DNA from: Minisyncoccota bacterium | GTDB taxonomy: Bacteria > Patescibacteriota > Minisyncoccia > Phycocordibacterales > UBA9973 | Direction of reading: 5' to 3' | NCBI GenBank assembly: GCA_017991915.1 | Contig: JAGOPQ010000001.1 | Coordinates: 1 to 62,414, forward strand | DNA length: 62,414 bases | Part shown: positions 1-8,846 of the stretch, piece after piece | Layout of the letters: every line of letters begins with the position of its first letter | Position numbering within the stretch: position 1 is the first letter of the stretch | Made by a program: the position numbers and the translations under genes | Notes under the pieces: model-generated | The model's database searches: none | What the model was told of the DNA's origin: nothing | Seen by the model: only the letters and a program-made list of their open reading frames with translations

Positions 1-60
1 CGCGGTGAGAATACTGAGGGTGAGGGCGGAACCCAACACCCAAAACGCAAAGCGGGGCAT
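1..60 (-). CDS. 5' end of a GC-rich hypothetical ORF running off the left edge (MPRFAFWVLGSALTLSILTA..., signal-peptide/TM-like)
   Basis: ATG at 60-58 on the minus strand with AGGAGG (73-68) 7 nt upstream. The segment is much more GC-rich than the adjacent nusA. Only 20 codons are visible. Confidence 0.3.
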   Translation of the reverse strand, partial: MPRFAFWVLGSALTLSILTA

Positions 61-166
61 GGTGTGCCCTCCTGGCAAGGGGTGATTTGGTGTGTCCGAA
101 ATCGAATTGTCCCAGTGTTATCTACTGTCAAGGGACATGTTCTTCGACGTTATTATACCTCGGTTT

Positions 167-1351
167 TTATTCTTTAGCAACCTCAGCGATATCCACAGTG
201 TCGCCATCAGTAGAAGCTACAGTTGTATCTTCCTTTGGTGCTCCATGAGCTTTTATGTCTATTCTCCATCCAGTCAGCTTGGCAGCTAGGCGAACATTTT
301 GTCCACCCTTACCGATAGCTAGTGATAGCTGATCTTCAGCAACTTCTACGATAGCTTTGTGTTCTTTTTCGTCTATTTCTATAGATAAAACTTTTGCTGG
401 TGACAGAGAGTTGGAAACAAATTGTTTTGGATCTTCCAACCATGGGATGATGTCTATCTTTTCTCCAGAGAGTTCTTGGGTGACTGTGTTAACCCGAGTA
501 CCTTTTTGTCCGACGCATGAACCCACTGGATCTATGTGGTCGTCGTTTGAGTAGACGGCAATTTTAGAACGTGAGCCAGCTTCTCTGGCGATGGATTTTA
601 TTTCTACAGTTCCACTCGCAATTTCTGGAGCTTCTACTGCAAAAAGTTTTTCAATAAATTTAGGATGGGTGCGAGAAAGACGCAGATCAATTCCACGTTG
701 AGTGTCTTCTACGGAATAAAGATAAGCGCGAATTCTCTGCCCACGTTGAAAATATTCTCCAGGAATTTGTTCTTCCGCTGGTAATATTCCAGTAGCGCGG
801 TTGAATTCTACATAGACGTTTCCTCGTTCTACCTTTTGGACAGAGCCTGTAACGACTTCTCCCTCTTTGGTGCCGTATTCATCCATGATGGATGTTCTCT
901 CGGCTTCACGGATTTTTTGGATGATGACTTGTTTGGCAGTTTGAGCAGCGATGCGTCCGTAATCATCCTTTTGTTCCAATGGAAATACCACTTCATCATT
1001 CAGCTCTACACCCTTTTTCATCTTTCGAGCGTCTTCTATCATGATGTGGTGCTCAGGGTTGAACAAAACACGCTCATCATCTTTATCTTTTACAGAATAG
1101 TCCTCTTCTTCATCTGCATTGTCATCAATGCGAGCGATAGATTCATCTACTACGATTTTTACTTTAAAGAAATCGGTATGACCAGTCTCTAGGTCAAACT
1201 TTGCTCTAATTATCTGCCCTTTTTTACCGTAATCTTTCTTGTAAGCAGCAGCCATGGCTTGCTCGATGGCGTCTAGGATTTTTTCTTTTGGAATTTTTCG
1301 TTCTTCTTCTAATTGCTCCAGCGCACTCTTGAATGTTTTTAGATCTAACAT
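167..1351 (-). CDS. nusA: Transcription termination/antitermination factor NusA
   Basis: 394-aa translation has the NusA N-terminal domain, an S1 domain and two KH domains (GPKGTRV/GKGGQNVRLA-type motifs). Confidence 0.95.
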   Translation of the reverse strand: MLDLKTFKSALEQLEEERKIPKEKILDAIEQAMAAAYKKDYGKKGQIIRAKFDLETGHTDFFKVKIVVDESIARIDDNADEEEDYSVKDKDDERVLFNPEHHIMIEDARKMKKGVELNDEVVFPLEQKDDYGRIAAQTAKQVIIQKIREAERTSIMDEYGTKEGEVVTGSVQKVERGNVYVEFNRATGILPAEEQIPGEYFQRGQRIRAYLYSVEDTQRGIDLRLSRTHPKFIEKLFAVEAPEIASGTVEIKSIAREAGSRSKIAVYSNDDHIDPVGSCVGQKGTRVNTVTQELSGEKIDIIPWLEDPKQFVSNSLSPAKVLSIEIDEKEHKAIVEVAEDQLSLAIGKGGQNVRLAAKLTGWRIDIKAHGAPKEDTTVASTDGDTVDIAEVAKE

Positions 1352-1354
1352 AAT

Positions 1355-1422
1355 AGGCTTTAGGCATTTAGGCTTTAGGCTCTAGCAATTTAAAATCGCT
1401 AATGCCTAGGGCCTAGTGGCCT
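1355..1422 (-). repeat. Heptad-periodic hairpin repeat, copy A, immediately 5' of nusA
   Basis: The reverse complement is about 85% identical to 29604-29665. It consists of GGCCCTA-type units, a short loop, then GCCTAAA-type units, and ends 3-4 nt before the nusA start codon. Confidence 0.8.
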
Positions 1423-1563
1423 GTATTTTTAATAAAAAAGCCCTGTTGCGACAGGACTCATACAGTTAAAAGATATCACAATAAAGCCAAAAAGGCAAGG
1501 GTTGAAATCAAGTTGAAAGTTTTCCACAGGGTACTTTTGGGCTTGGGTGGGTGGGGATATCTC

Positions 1564-1574
1564 TGTGGTATAAT
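1564..1574 (+). promoter_or_regulatory. Extended -10 promoter (TGTGGTATAAT) for the large surface-protein gene
   Basis: TGnTATAAT match about 40 nt upstream of ATG 1614. Confidence 0.45.
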
Positions 1575-1613
1575 TTACTCAATTATTATTAATTCTTAAA
1601 TTTGAATATTATT

Positions 1614-4600
1614 ATGATCAAGCGCTTTTTAATTGCAATAACTCTCTTTGTCCTCGTCGGACTATCTTTTACAAATCAAGCTTCGGCCCTGGGTGCGGGT
1701 TCAGGTAACACCACTACAAATGGTTGTACCTTAAATACTGCCTATCTTGGTCAAAATAATTTATATATTAGATTCAGTGCCAACTCTTACTGCGGAAGTA
1801 TTGAGGTTTTTGATTCTGAAGGTGCCACTCATGTAGCACATAGTGCTAGAAACATGTTTAATTCATACTCCGCTTCTTCCGAAGAAAATGGAGTAATATT
1901 TAATCCTTATTGGGATTCGGTGACTGTAGATATGGTAACCTTCACAATTCGCGCACATGATCCGCAGGACTGGTCTAGCTACTCAGAATCTAATGTTACC
2001 TGGGGAGGTGGACTTAACGCGAGTTGTGTTTTGACCAGCTTTGGATATAGTGTTTCAAGTCCTGGAGTCCCTAACAGTGTGACTTATAATTCTACGAACT
2101 ATACTCAAGGTGGTTTCGTATGTATACCAGTGTTTAATGGGACGCAATACCCTTCTCCTATTGCAAGTTACATAGTGGGTGGTGTAAATAGTTTAGTTGT
2201 TTGGGCAGTGCCGCCAGGTGGGTGGGTTAATGGTCCTGGATCTTTCGTTTCTGACTACGTATCTTTCAATTATCCGGGTGGAGGAAATGTGGGTGGTAGT
2301 GCTCCCGTTGTGACTCTCACCGCAAACCCTGTATCTGGTAGTGCTGGTTCAGTAAACCCAACTCTGACGTGGACAGTGGCCAACGGGGCTACGTCATGCG
2401 CAGCTTCTGGTGGCTGGTCTGGAAATAAAAGTACAGGGGGTGGAAGTGAGTCTACAGGAATTATTTATATTCAAGGAATAAAAACCTTTACTCTTGAGTG
2501 TGTAAATGCTTATGGGCAAGGATCCGATAATGCGACGGTGGATGTTGGGCCAGGTGGAGCATACAAGGATTTGATTGCAGATGTGCCAACTACAAGTGGA
2601 GCTGTCATAGTAAATGTGGCCAAAACTTTTACTTCAACCATTACCAACCAAGGTAATACATCTACCGTTTCAGGATTTACGAATTTATTTCAAGTATCAC
2701 AATCTTCTGATGGCTCAAATCCTATTGATTATCCAACGACAGTAATGTCGGGTTTAGCAGGAGGTGCTTCTGCTAATGCTTCTAAATCCATAACCTTTAC
2801 ATCCTTGGGAGCATGGTATATCCGTGCCTGTGCGGACAAGAGCGGTGCCTCAGATGCTAATGGTGTAATTGCCGAAATTGATGAAAATAATAACTGCAGT
2901 ATGAGTACACCTTGGACATTGGTGACTGTAACCACTCCAAATTCTCCTGATCTAGTAGCTTCCACTCCTACTCCAAACGGAGCTACAGTGGGTGTGGCGC
3001 AAACTTTTTCCTCAACAATCACAAATGCTGGAGCACTGACCACGGGCGGAGGGTTTACAAACTTGTTCCAAATTTCTCAATCCTCAACTGGAGCGAGTGG
3101 AGTTACAGATTACGCAGTTCCGGGAATGTCTACACTGGCTTCTGGGGGATTTGCTACTACTTCTAAATCCATAACTTTCCCATCTGCTGGAACTTGGTAT
3201 ATACGTGCCTGTGCTGACAAGAGTAACGCTTCTGACACCAATGGAGTTATCTCAGAATATTTAGAGGGCAACAACTGCAGCATGAGTACACCTTGGACTG
3301 CCGTTACTGTGACTGACCAACCTACACCAGTAGTCACCATCACTGCCAATCCACCATCTGGCGTAGTGAATGTAGTAAACCCAACATTGACTTGGAGTGC
3401 TACAAACAATCCTATTTCATGTACAGCATCTGAAGACTGGTCTGGTCCCAAGGGTGTTTCTGGAACCAATGTTTCTCAAGGGGTATCAACTATGATTAAA
3501 ACTTATAGATATACACTTTATTGTACAAATGCTAATGGAGATGGTGCACCGCAAACTGCAAATGTCACAGTAACTGGCGCAGGTGGTATTGATTTGACGG
3601 CCGGTGTGATTACTCCAACCACTGCGCTCGTGGGTGTTTCTACAACTTTTAACACAACCATTCAAAATATTGGATCAACAGCGACCGGTGCTGGATTTAC
3701 AAATTTATTTCAACGAGCCACTGCCGCAGACGGCACTGGATCATCTGATGTGGGTGTTACTTCTATTGGTAGCTCTTTGGCGGGAGGGGGAAGTGTTCAG
3801 ATTTCCAAAGCAAATGCCTTTGCTACGGCCGGTACTCATTACATGAGAGCTTGTGCGGATAAAGATAAAAATAATGGTGTTGGTACTATAAACGAAGGGG
3901 CGAATGAGGGTAACAACTGTGGTCCATGGACCGCCATTACTGTAGTTGCTCCCGGACCAGACCTTGTAGCAGCCGTTCCTACACTATTGGTGCAACCACA
4001 AGTTGGGGTATATTCTGGATTTAATTCTATTACAATAAACCAGGGAAATCAGAGCACTGTAAATAGTTTTCAAGTGAAGTTTGAAGTTGATAATAATGCA
4101 GACCATTCTGTATACGTACAAAATCTTGCCGGATATTCAGCAGCACTTGCAGGTAATAACGCCACAAGTTCTGTAAATTCTGGTAATTACGGTTTCCCGA
4201 CGGCTGGTACTTACTATGCACGTGCATGTGCAGATCAAAACGGTTTTGGTACTGGAGTAATATCTGAAACCGATGAAGGTAATAATTGTAGTACCTGGAT
4301 GTCTTTCCAAGTGGGTCCGACTGGTACCATAACTGCACCTCCTTGCGTCATCGCCGAAAATGCTTCTACTTGTAATTCTTCTGTGACCTGGAGCACCACA
4401 AATCCTATAACAACTTCAGTGGTAAAAAATTCTGCCAACACAACCACAGCGACTGCAAACTCTGGAACTCAGAGTATGGTGGTGAAATATCCTTCAGAAA
4501 CTTTTACCCTATACAATAACAGCGTATCTCTGGTCTCAGATGTAGCGCAGTCTAGTTGTGCGTCGGGAACTTCTTGGAATACTTCTAGTGGTATGTGTAA

Positions 4601-4865
4601 AAAGAATGGTGGACCTAATAATCCAGGAAATGAATGTGAAAACGGTGCCGCGAATTATCCTCTATGTACTTGTACAACTCCTTCTTGTACGGTTTGTGTA
4701 AATGGCGCAGCCAATCCTCCTGTCTGTACGGTTGATAACAATAATGTATGTCTAAACGGTGCAGATAATCCAACTCTATGCACCCTGGTAAATGGTGCTT
4801 GCCTAAACGGTGCAACCAATCCTCCTACTTGTGCGGCCAAGAAGCCAACCTTCATAGAAAACTAG
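1614..4865 (+). CDS. Large secreted repeat protein: Ig-like modules alternating with four CARDB-like domains, plus a Cys-rich C-terminal repeat
   Basis: N-terminal signal peptide (MIKRFLIAITLFVLVGLSFTNQASA). The module ...YIRACADK...NNCS... is repeated 4x and the VVT(L/I)TANP...LTW...C module 3x. The C-terminus has C-x-NGA-x-N-P-x-x-C repeated 4x. ATG 1614 is preferred over TTG 1602. Confidence 0.8.
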   Translation: MIKRFLIAITLFVLVGLSFTNQASALGAGSGNTTTNGCTLNTAYLGQNNLYIRFSANSYCGSIEVFDSEGATHVAHSARNMFNSYSASSEENGVIFNPYWDSVTVDMVTFTIRAHDPQDWSSYSESNVTWGGGLNASCVLTSFGYSVSSPGVPNSVTYNSTNYTQGGFVCIPVFNGTQYPSPIASYIVGGVNSLVVWAVPPGGWVNGPGSFVSDYVSFNYPGGGNVGGSAPVVTLTANPVSGSAGSVNPTLTWTVANGATSCAASGGWSGNKSTGGGSESTGIIYIQGIKTFTLECVNAYGQGSDNATVDVGPGGAYKDLIADVPTTSGAVIVNVAKTFTSTITNQGNTSTVSGFTNLFQVSQSSDGSNPIDYPTTVMSGLAGGASANASKSITFTSLGAWYIRACADKSGASDANGVIAEIDENNNCSMSTPWTLVTVTTPNSPDLVASTPTPNGATVGVAQTFSSTITNAGALTTGGGFTNLFQISQSSTGASGVTDYAVPGMSTLASGGFATTSKSITFPSAGTWYIRACADKSNASDTNGVISEYLEGNNCSMSTPWTAVTVTDQPTPVVTITANPPSGVVNVVNPTLTWSATNNPISCTASEDWSGPKGVSGTNVSQGVSTMIKTYRYTLYCTNANGDGAPQTANVTVTGAGGIDLTAGVITPTTALVGVSTTFNTTIQNIGSTATGAGFTNLFQRATAADGTGSSDVGVTSIGSSLAGGGSVQISKANAFATAGTHYMRACADKDKNNGVGTINEGANEGNNCGPWTAITVVAPGPDLVAAVPTLLVQPQVGVYSGFNSITINQGNQSTVNSFQVKFEVDNNADHSVYVQNLAGYSAALAGNNATSSVNSGNYGFPTAGTYYARACADQNGFGTGVISETDEGNNCSTWMSFQVGPTGTITAPPCVIAENASTCNSSVTWSTTNPITTSVVKNSANTTTATANSGTQSMVVKYPSETFTLYNNSVSLVSDVAQSSCASGTSWNTSSGMCKKNGGPNNPGNECENGAANYPLCTCTTPSCTVCVNGAANPPVCTVDNNNVCLNGADNPTLCTLVNGACLNGATNPPTCAAKKPTFIEN

Positions 4866-4896
4866 TAAAAATTCTGGAGAGTGCTATAAATAACCA

Positions 4897-5556
4897 ATGA
4901 GGATCAAAGTCTTATATGAAGATACCAACATTCTGGCCATAGATAAGCCAGCTGGTATCTCTGTACAGAACGACGAAAAAAGCACGGATAAAACCGTGCT
5001 TGATTTCGTTGTAAAAAAATACAAGAAGGCAGAGCTCGTGCATCGCCTAGATAAAGATACTTCTGGGGTTTTGTTGATTGCTAAAAATGCAAAGACCCAT
5101 GAATTTTTGAAGCAACAATTTCAAACTAGGACTGTAAAGAAAATTTACCACACTGTTGTTTCTGGATTTATGAAAGAAGACCGTGGAGTTATCAATAAAC
5201 CTATCGGTAGAAGCCCTTCTGATTTTCGTCGTCGCCTCGCAGGCCGTGGTGCACGAGGGGAGCTACGAGAAGCGATTACTGAGTATAAAGTGTTAAAGAG
5301 ATTTGAAGAAAAGAAAAACAAATTTACTTATCTAGAAGTAATGCCGAAAACTGGACGTACACACCAGATTCGAGTGCACATGAAATATGCTAGTCATCCT
5401 GTGGTTTGCGATTCTCTCTACAACCCAACAGGGCCTTGTCCGAAAAGCTTTTCCAGAATGGCCCTCCATGCTAAGTCTATAGAATTTAAAGATTTAAAAG
5501 GTAAGATCGTAAAAGTTGAATCTCCGTTACCGAAAGAATTCAAGGGAATAGTGTAA
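4897..5556 (+). CDS. RluA-family pseudouridine synthase
   Basis: HRLDKDTSGVLL catalytic motif and GRTHQIRVH motif; 219 aa. Confidence 0.9.
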   Translation: MRIKVLYEDTNILAIDKPAGISVQNDEKSTDKTVLDFVVKKYKKAELVHRLDKDTSGVLLIAKNAKTHEFLKQQFQTRTVKKIYHTVVSGFMKEDRGVINKPIGRSPSDFRRRLAGRGARGELREAITEYKVLKRFEEKKNKFTYLEVMPKTGRTHQIRVHMKYASHPVVCDSLYNPTGPCPKSFSRMALHAKSIEFKDLKGKIVKVESPLPKEFKGIV

Positions 5557-5560
5557 AAAC

Positions 5561-7264
5561 ATGAAAGCAGAAACTAAAAATTGCCAGAATTGTCAAAAAG
5601 AATTCTTGATCGAAGAAAGTGATTTTAATTTCTATGAAAAAATAAAAGTTCCACCACCGACATGGTGTGGAGAGTGCAGGTTTGTGCGCAGAATTTCTTC
5701 TACAAACGTTTGGACTCTCTTTTGGCGCAATTGTGATAAGTGCGAAAAACGCATGATATCTGTCTATCCCGAATCACAAAAAATCACCGTGTATTGTCCA
5801 ACTTGTTGGTGGGGAGATAGTTGGGATGGCACAGAATACGCCATGGACTATGATCCCAGCCGACCATTTTTAGCACAGGTGAAAGAGTTGTCTATGAAAA
5901 CTCCATACCCGGCAGTGGAGACCGAGCACCTAACTCTGAAAAATTCTGAATATACAAACGCCATCGCGTATTCCAAGAATTGTTTTATGGTTGTGTCCGC
6001 GGATTATTGTGAGTCAGTTTACTATTCTTCAATTTTAAATGGCATGAAGTGGAGTGCGGATTGTCTGCGGGGCTGGGAGTCAGAGCTGTGCTATGAGTCT
6101 ACTGGTTTTGCCAAAGGTTACAATGTTTTCTTTTCTGAAGAATTTGATAATTGTGTAGACGTTTGGTTTTCTAGGAATTGCCACAGCTCTTCCAATTGCA
6201 TTGGTTGTGTGAATTTAAGAGGTGCCAGCTATCAAATATTTAATGTGCAATATTCCAAGGAAGAATATAACCAAAAATTAAAAGAGTTTGGTTTTGATTC
6301 ATGGAGCAATTTACAAAAGTTTGAAAAAGTTACTAGAGAGTTTTGGCTGACCAAGCCTTATCGTGACTATCATGCCAATTCTTTTAATTTAAATGTTAGC
6401 GGAGAATTTGTGTATTATTCTAAAAATTCCAAAGAAGGGTATATCTTAAACTATGCTGAGAATTCTAATTGGTGCCAATTTATAACCGTAAACGGCATAA
6501 AAGACTGCGCGGATTATTCTGGCTGGGGCAACAACGCGGAGCTGGTGTATGAGTCTGCCAGTGTGGGGAATAATGTCAGTGATGTGAAATTTTCATGCTT
6601 TTGTTTTCCTGACGTAGTGGGAGTTGAATATTGTTTGTGGTGTATAGCGGGGAAGAATAATTTTGGTTGTGTTGGCTTGAAACGCAAGAGTTATAGTATT
6701 TTAAATAAACAATATTCCAAAGAAGAATATGAAAAATTAAAAAGTCAGATTATTTTAGATATGAAAAATAATCCATACATAGATGAAAAGGGGAAGGTTT
6801 GGGGGTATGGAGAATTTTTCAGACCTGGTTTTAGCAAGCATGACTACAATCATTCCACCGCGATGAAGTTTTTCCCCAAAACTAAAGAGCAGGCCATCAA
6901 GGAAGGTTATTCATGGAATGATGATGTAGCACCAACGGTGACATGTACGATAAAATCGGAATCATTGCCAGATATAATTGCAGATACGGATGATTCTATC
7001 TTGCAAGAAATCATAGAATGCATGTCTTGTACACGTGGATACAAGATAGTGTCTGGAGAATTGGAATTACTTCGCAAAATGAACCTACCTGTGCCCCATG
7101 AATGCCCAAAATGTAGAGAAAGCCGGAGATTCAGCAGGATGAATAGACCTGGTATGTACCACAGAAATTGTGCAAAATGCGAAGCCCCTATATATACACC
7201 ATATGCTCCGGAGCGTCCGGAGATAGTGTATTGCGCTAAGTGTTATCTGGCAGAGTTTGCCTAG
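5561..7264 (+). CDS. Cys-rich hypothetical protein with zinc-ribbon modules at both termini
   Basis: 567 aa with many CxxC pairs. The N- and C-terminal modules of about 80 aa are paralogous (CxxC...VP.P..CxxCR...RNCxKCE...VYCxxC). The centre has an internal duplication (C(I/F)GCV.L...Y.I.N.QYSKEEY). Confidence 0.6.
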   Translation: MKAETKNCQNCQKEFLIEESDFNFYEKIKVPPPTWCGECRFVRRISSTNVWTLFWRNCDKCEKRMISVYPESQKITVYCPTCWWGDSWDGTEYAMDYDPSRPFLAQVKELSMKTPYPAVETEHLTLKNSEYTNAIAYSKNCFMVVSADYCESVYYSSILNGMKWSADCLRGWESELCYESTGFAKGYNVFFSEEFDNCVDVWFSRNCHSSSNCIGCVNLRGASYQIFNVQYSKEEYNQKLKEFGFDSWSNLQKFEKVTREFWLTKPYRDYHANSFNLNVSGEFVYYSKNSKEGYILNYAENSNWCQFITVNGIKDCADYSGWGNNAELVYESASVGNNVSDVKFSCFCFPDVVGVEYCLWCIAGKNNFGCVGLKRKSYSILNKQYSKEEYEKLKSQIILDMKNNPYIDEKGKVWGYGEFFRPGFSKHDYNHSTAMKFFPKTKEQAIKEGYSWNDDVAPTVTCTIKSESLPDIIADTDDSILQEIIECMSCTRGYKIVSGELELLRKMNLPVPHECPKCRESRRFSRMNRPGMYHRNCAKCEAPIYTPYAPERPEIVYCAKCYLAEFA

Positions 7265-7294
7265 TTATTTCTTTTATGCTAAAGTATTCCCACT

Positions 7295-7732
7295 ATGGCA
7301 GTAAGCAACAGAACCGCAATAAATAAAATAAAATTCAGCCCTGTAGACATTGAGGCTCGCAAAAAGCTTGATTTCAAGGCTGGTGACACCATTCGTGTCT
7401 GGTCAAAAATTCAAGAAGAAAAAGCTTCTAAAAAGGGCGATGGAACCAAGTTCCGATTGCAGGCATTTGAAGGAATGGTTATCGGACGAAAGCACGGATC
7501 TGAGAACGGAGCTACTTTCACTGTTCGCCGAGTGGCTTCTGGTGTGGGCGTAGAAAGAATTTTCCCTATATATTCTCCAATGGTAGATAAAATTGAAGTA
7601 ATCAAAAAAGCTAAAGCTCGACGCTCCAAGCTTTACTATGTTCGCGTGAAGGCGGTAAAAGATGTTCGCCGAAAGATGCGTTCTGTGACTGCAGAACCAG
7701 AAGCTGAAGTAGAAACTCCAGCAGCAGAATAA
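7295..7732 (+). CDS. rplS: 50S ribosomal protein L19
   Basis: [11 protein letters not shown]...FTVRR...[11 protein letters not shown] is typical of L19. Confidence 0.95.
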   Translation: MAVSNRTAINKIKFSPVDIEARKKLDFKAGDTIRVWSKIQEEKASKKGDGTKFRLQAFEGMVIGRKHGSENGATFTVRRVASGVGVERIFPIYSPMVDKIEVIKKAKARRSKLYYVRVKAVKDVRRKMRSVTAEPEAEVETPAAE

Positions 7733-7760
7733 TCTGATATAATCTCTCTGTGCAATACAA

Positions 7761-7847
7761 GCCCAGGTGGCGAAACTGGTAGACGTACTACCTTGAGGTG
7801 GTAGCGCCCGCAAGGGCTTGGGAGTTCGAGTCTCCCCCTGGGCACCA
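7761..7847 (+). tRNA. tRNA-Leu (anticodon GAG), class II with long variable arm, CCA encoded
   Basis: Acceptor GCCCAGG/CCTGGGC, anticodon loop TTGAGGT, T arm GGGAG-TTCGAGT-CTCCC, 3' ACCA. Confidence 0.9.
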
Positions 7848-7858
7848 GCAAAAACAAT

Positions 7859-7879
7859 CCGGCTACTGCCGGTTTTTTT
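7859..7879 (+). terminator. Intrinsic terminator after tRNA-Leu
   Basis: CCGGC-TACT-GCCGG hairpin followed by T7. Confidence 0.75.
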
Positions 7880-7904
7880 GTGGGTGGGGAGACGAGAAAG
7901 GCGG

Positions 7905-7963
7905 AGGCGCGACGGCGCCGAGCCGGGGTCGAGCAAATTTTCAGCAGAAAATTATGCGTGACC
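7905..7963 (+). repeat. tRNA-downstream GC-rich structured element, copy 1
   Basis: About 85% identical to 53287-53350. It has two hairpins (GGCGC-GACG-GCGCC and AATTTTC-AGCA-GAAAATT), and both show compensatory changes in the other copy. Confidence 0.75.
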
Positions 7964-7994
7964 GAGTCTCTCCTTTATGTGTTAAAATTCACCA

Positions 7995-8549
7995 ATGAAA
8001 CAGAAACTAAAGATAAACAAGAAGAAGTTGCGAAAGATTTCTCCTTCCAAAAACTTTTTCTTATCACTAGCTAGCTCCATCATATACCAACAAATTTCCA
8101 CTAAAGCTGGAAATGCTATTTACGCTAAATTTATAGCACTATATGGTAAGAAAAAACCCAACCCTCAAGATTTTCTCAATTTTTCAATTGCTGATTTGAA
8201 GTCTGCTGGAATTTCTCCACAAAAATCAGGGTATTTGAATGACTTATCTCTGAAGTTTTTAGATAAAACCATAAACCAAAAAGGTTTTCATAAAATGTCT
8301 GATGAAGAAGTCAAAGAACATTTGCTCCAAGTCAAAGGTATCGGTCCGTGGACTGCAGATATGTTTTTAATCTTTGCCCTAAACAGAAAAGATATTTTGC
8401 CGGTAGGGGATCTGGGCACCAAGAAAGGATTTCAGAAAGCTTTTAAGTTGAAAAATCTTCCAGACGAAAAACAAATGTTGAAACTAGCCGAGCCTCACAA
8501 CGGCGAGCGCACTATTTTAACCTTATATCTTTGGGATATTTTAGACTAA
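7995..8549 (+). CDS. HhH-GPD DNA glycosylase (3-methyladenine DNA glycosylase II / AlkA-like)
   Basis: Helix-hairpin-helix motif LLQVKGIGPWTADMFLIF followed by PVGDLG (catalytic Asp). Confidence 0.8.
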   Translation: MKQKLKINKKKLRKISPSKNFFLSLASSIIYQQISTKAGNAIYAKFIALYGKKKPNPQDFLNFSIADLKSAGISPQKSGYLNDLSLKFLDKTINQKGFHKMSDEEVKEHLLQVKGIGPWTADMFLIFALNRKDILPVGDLGTKKGFQKAFKLKNLPDEKQMLKLAEPHNGERTILTLYLWDILD

Positions 8550-8551
8550 AT

Positions 8552-8824
8552 CTATTTTATCGCCCCTTCTTTACGCAGTAGAGCCATTTTCTTTTTTACT
8601 CCACCGCGATTGTAGTGTCCCAGGGTTCCGTCGGATTTAATGACTCTGTGACAAGGTACATCTTTTCGAAAGTTATTGGCCATGATCGTGCCAACCGCAC
8701 GCGCTGCGCCAGCACTACCAGCCAAGATGGCTACTTGTTTGTAGGTCATAGTCTTGCCACGCGGTATATCTTTTACTATTCTTAGCACCATTTCTTTAAA
8801 ACTAGTCATGTTTGTATTATACAA
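8552..8824 (-). CDS. MGMT-family methylated-DNA--protein-cysteine methyltransferase domain protein
   Basis: PCHRV active-site motif; 90 aa single-domain form. Confidence 0.85.
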   Translation of the reverse strand: MYNTNMTSFKEMVLRIVKDIPRGKTMTYKQVAILAGSAGAARAVGTIMANNFRKDVPCHRVIKSDGTLGHYNRGGVKKKMALLRKEGAIK

Positions 8825-8846
8825 TATGTATTGCTATAATTTTTGC

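Noticed and set aside
2280-4330. Near-repeated ~370-bp segments in the large surface-protein gene considered as a DGR template/variable repeat pair
   Set aside because: Both copies are in-frame domain repeats (CARDB and Ig-like modules) that differ at all base types, not only at adenines. No reverse transcriptase or Avd gene is present.
7403-7936. 177-aa minus-strand ORF spanning rplS, tRNA-Leu and the downstream repeat
   Set aside because: It runs through a tRNA gene and antisense to rplS, so it is not credible as coding.
7848-7994. Prophage or integrative-element boundary at the tRNA-Leu, tRNA-His or tRNA-Ile genes
   Set aside because: No integrase, no duplicated tRNA 3' end (att-like direct repeat) and no phage-like genes were found next to any of the three tRNAs.
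7798-7998. Small ORFs reading through both tRNA-downstream repeat copies (7798-7998 and 53240-53491) that share ..PSRGRA(N/K)FQQK(I/F)M..
   Set aside because: Both ORFs begin inside tRNA genes and have no plausible start context. The paired compensatory substitutions favour an RNA/DNA structural element over a peptide.
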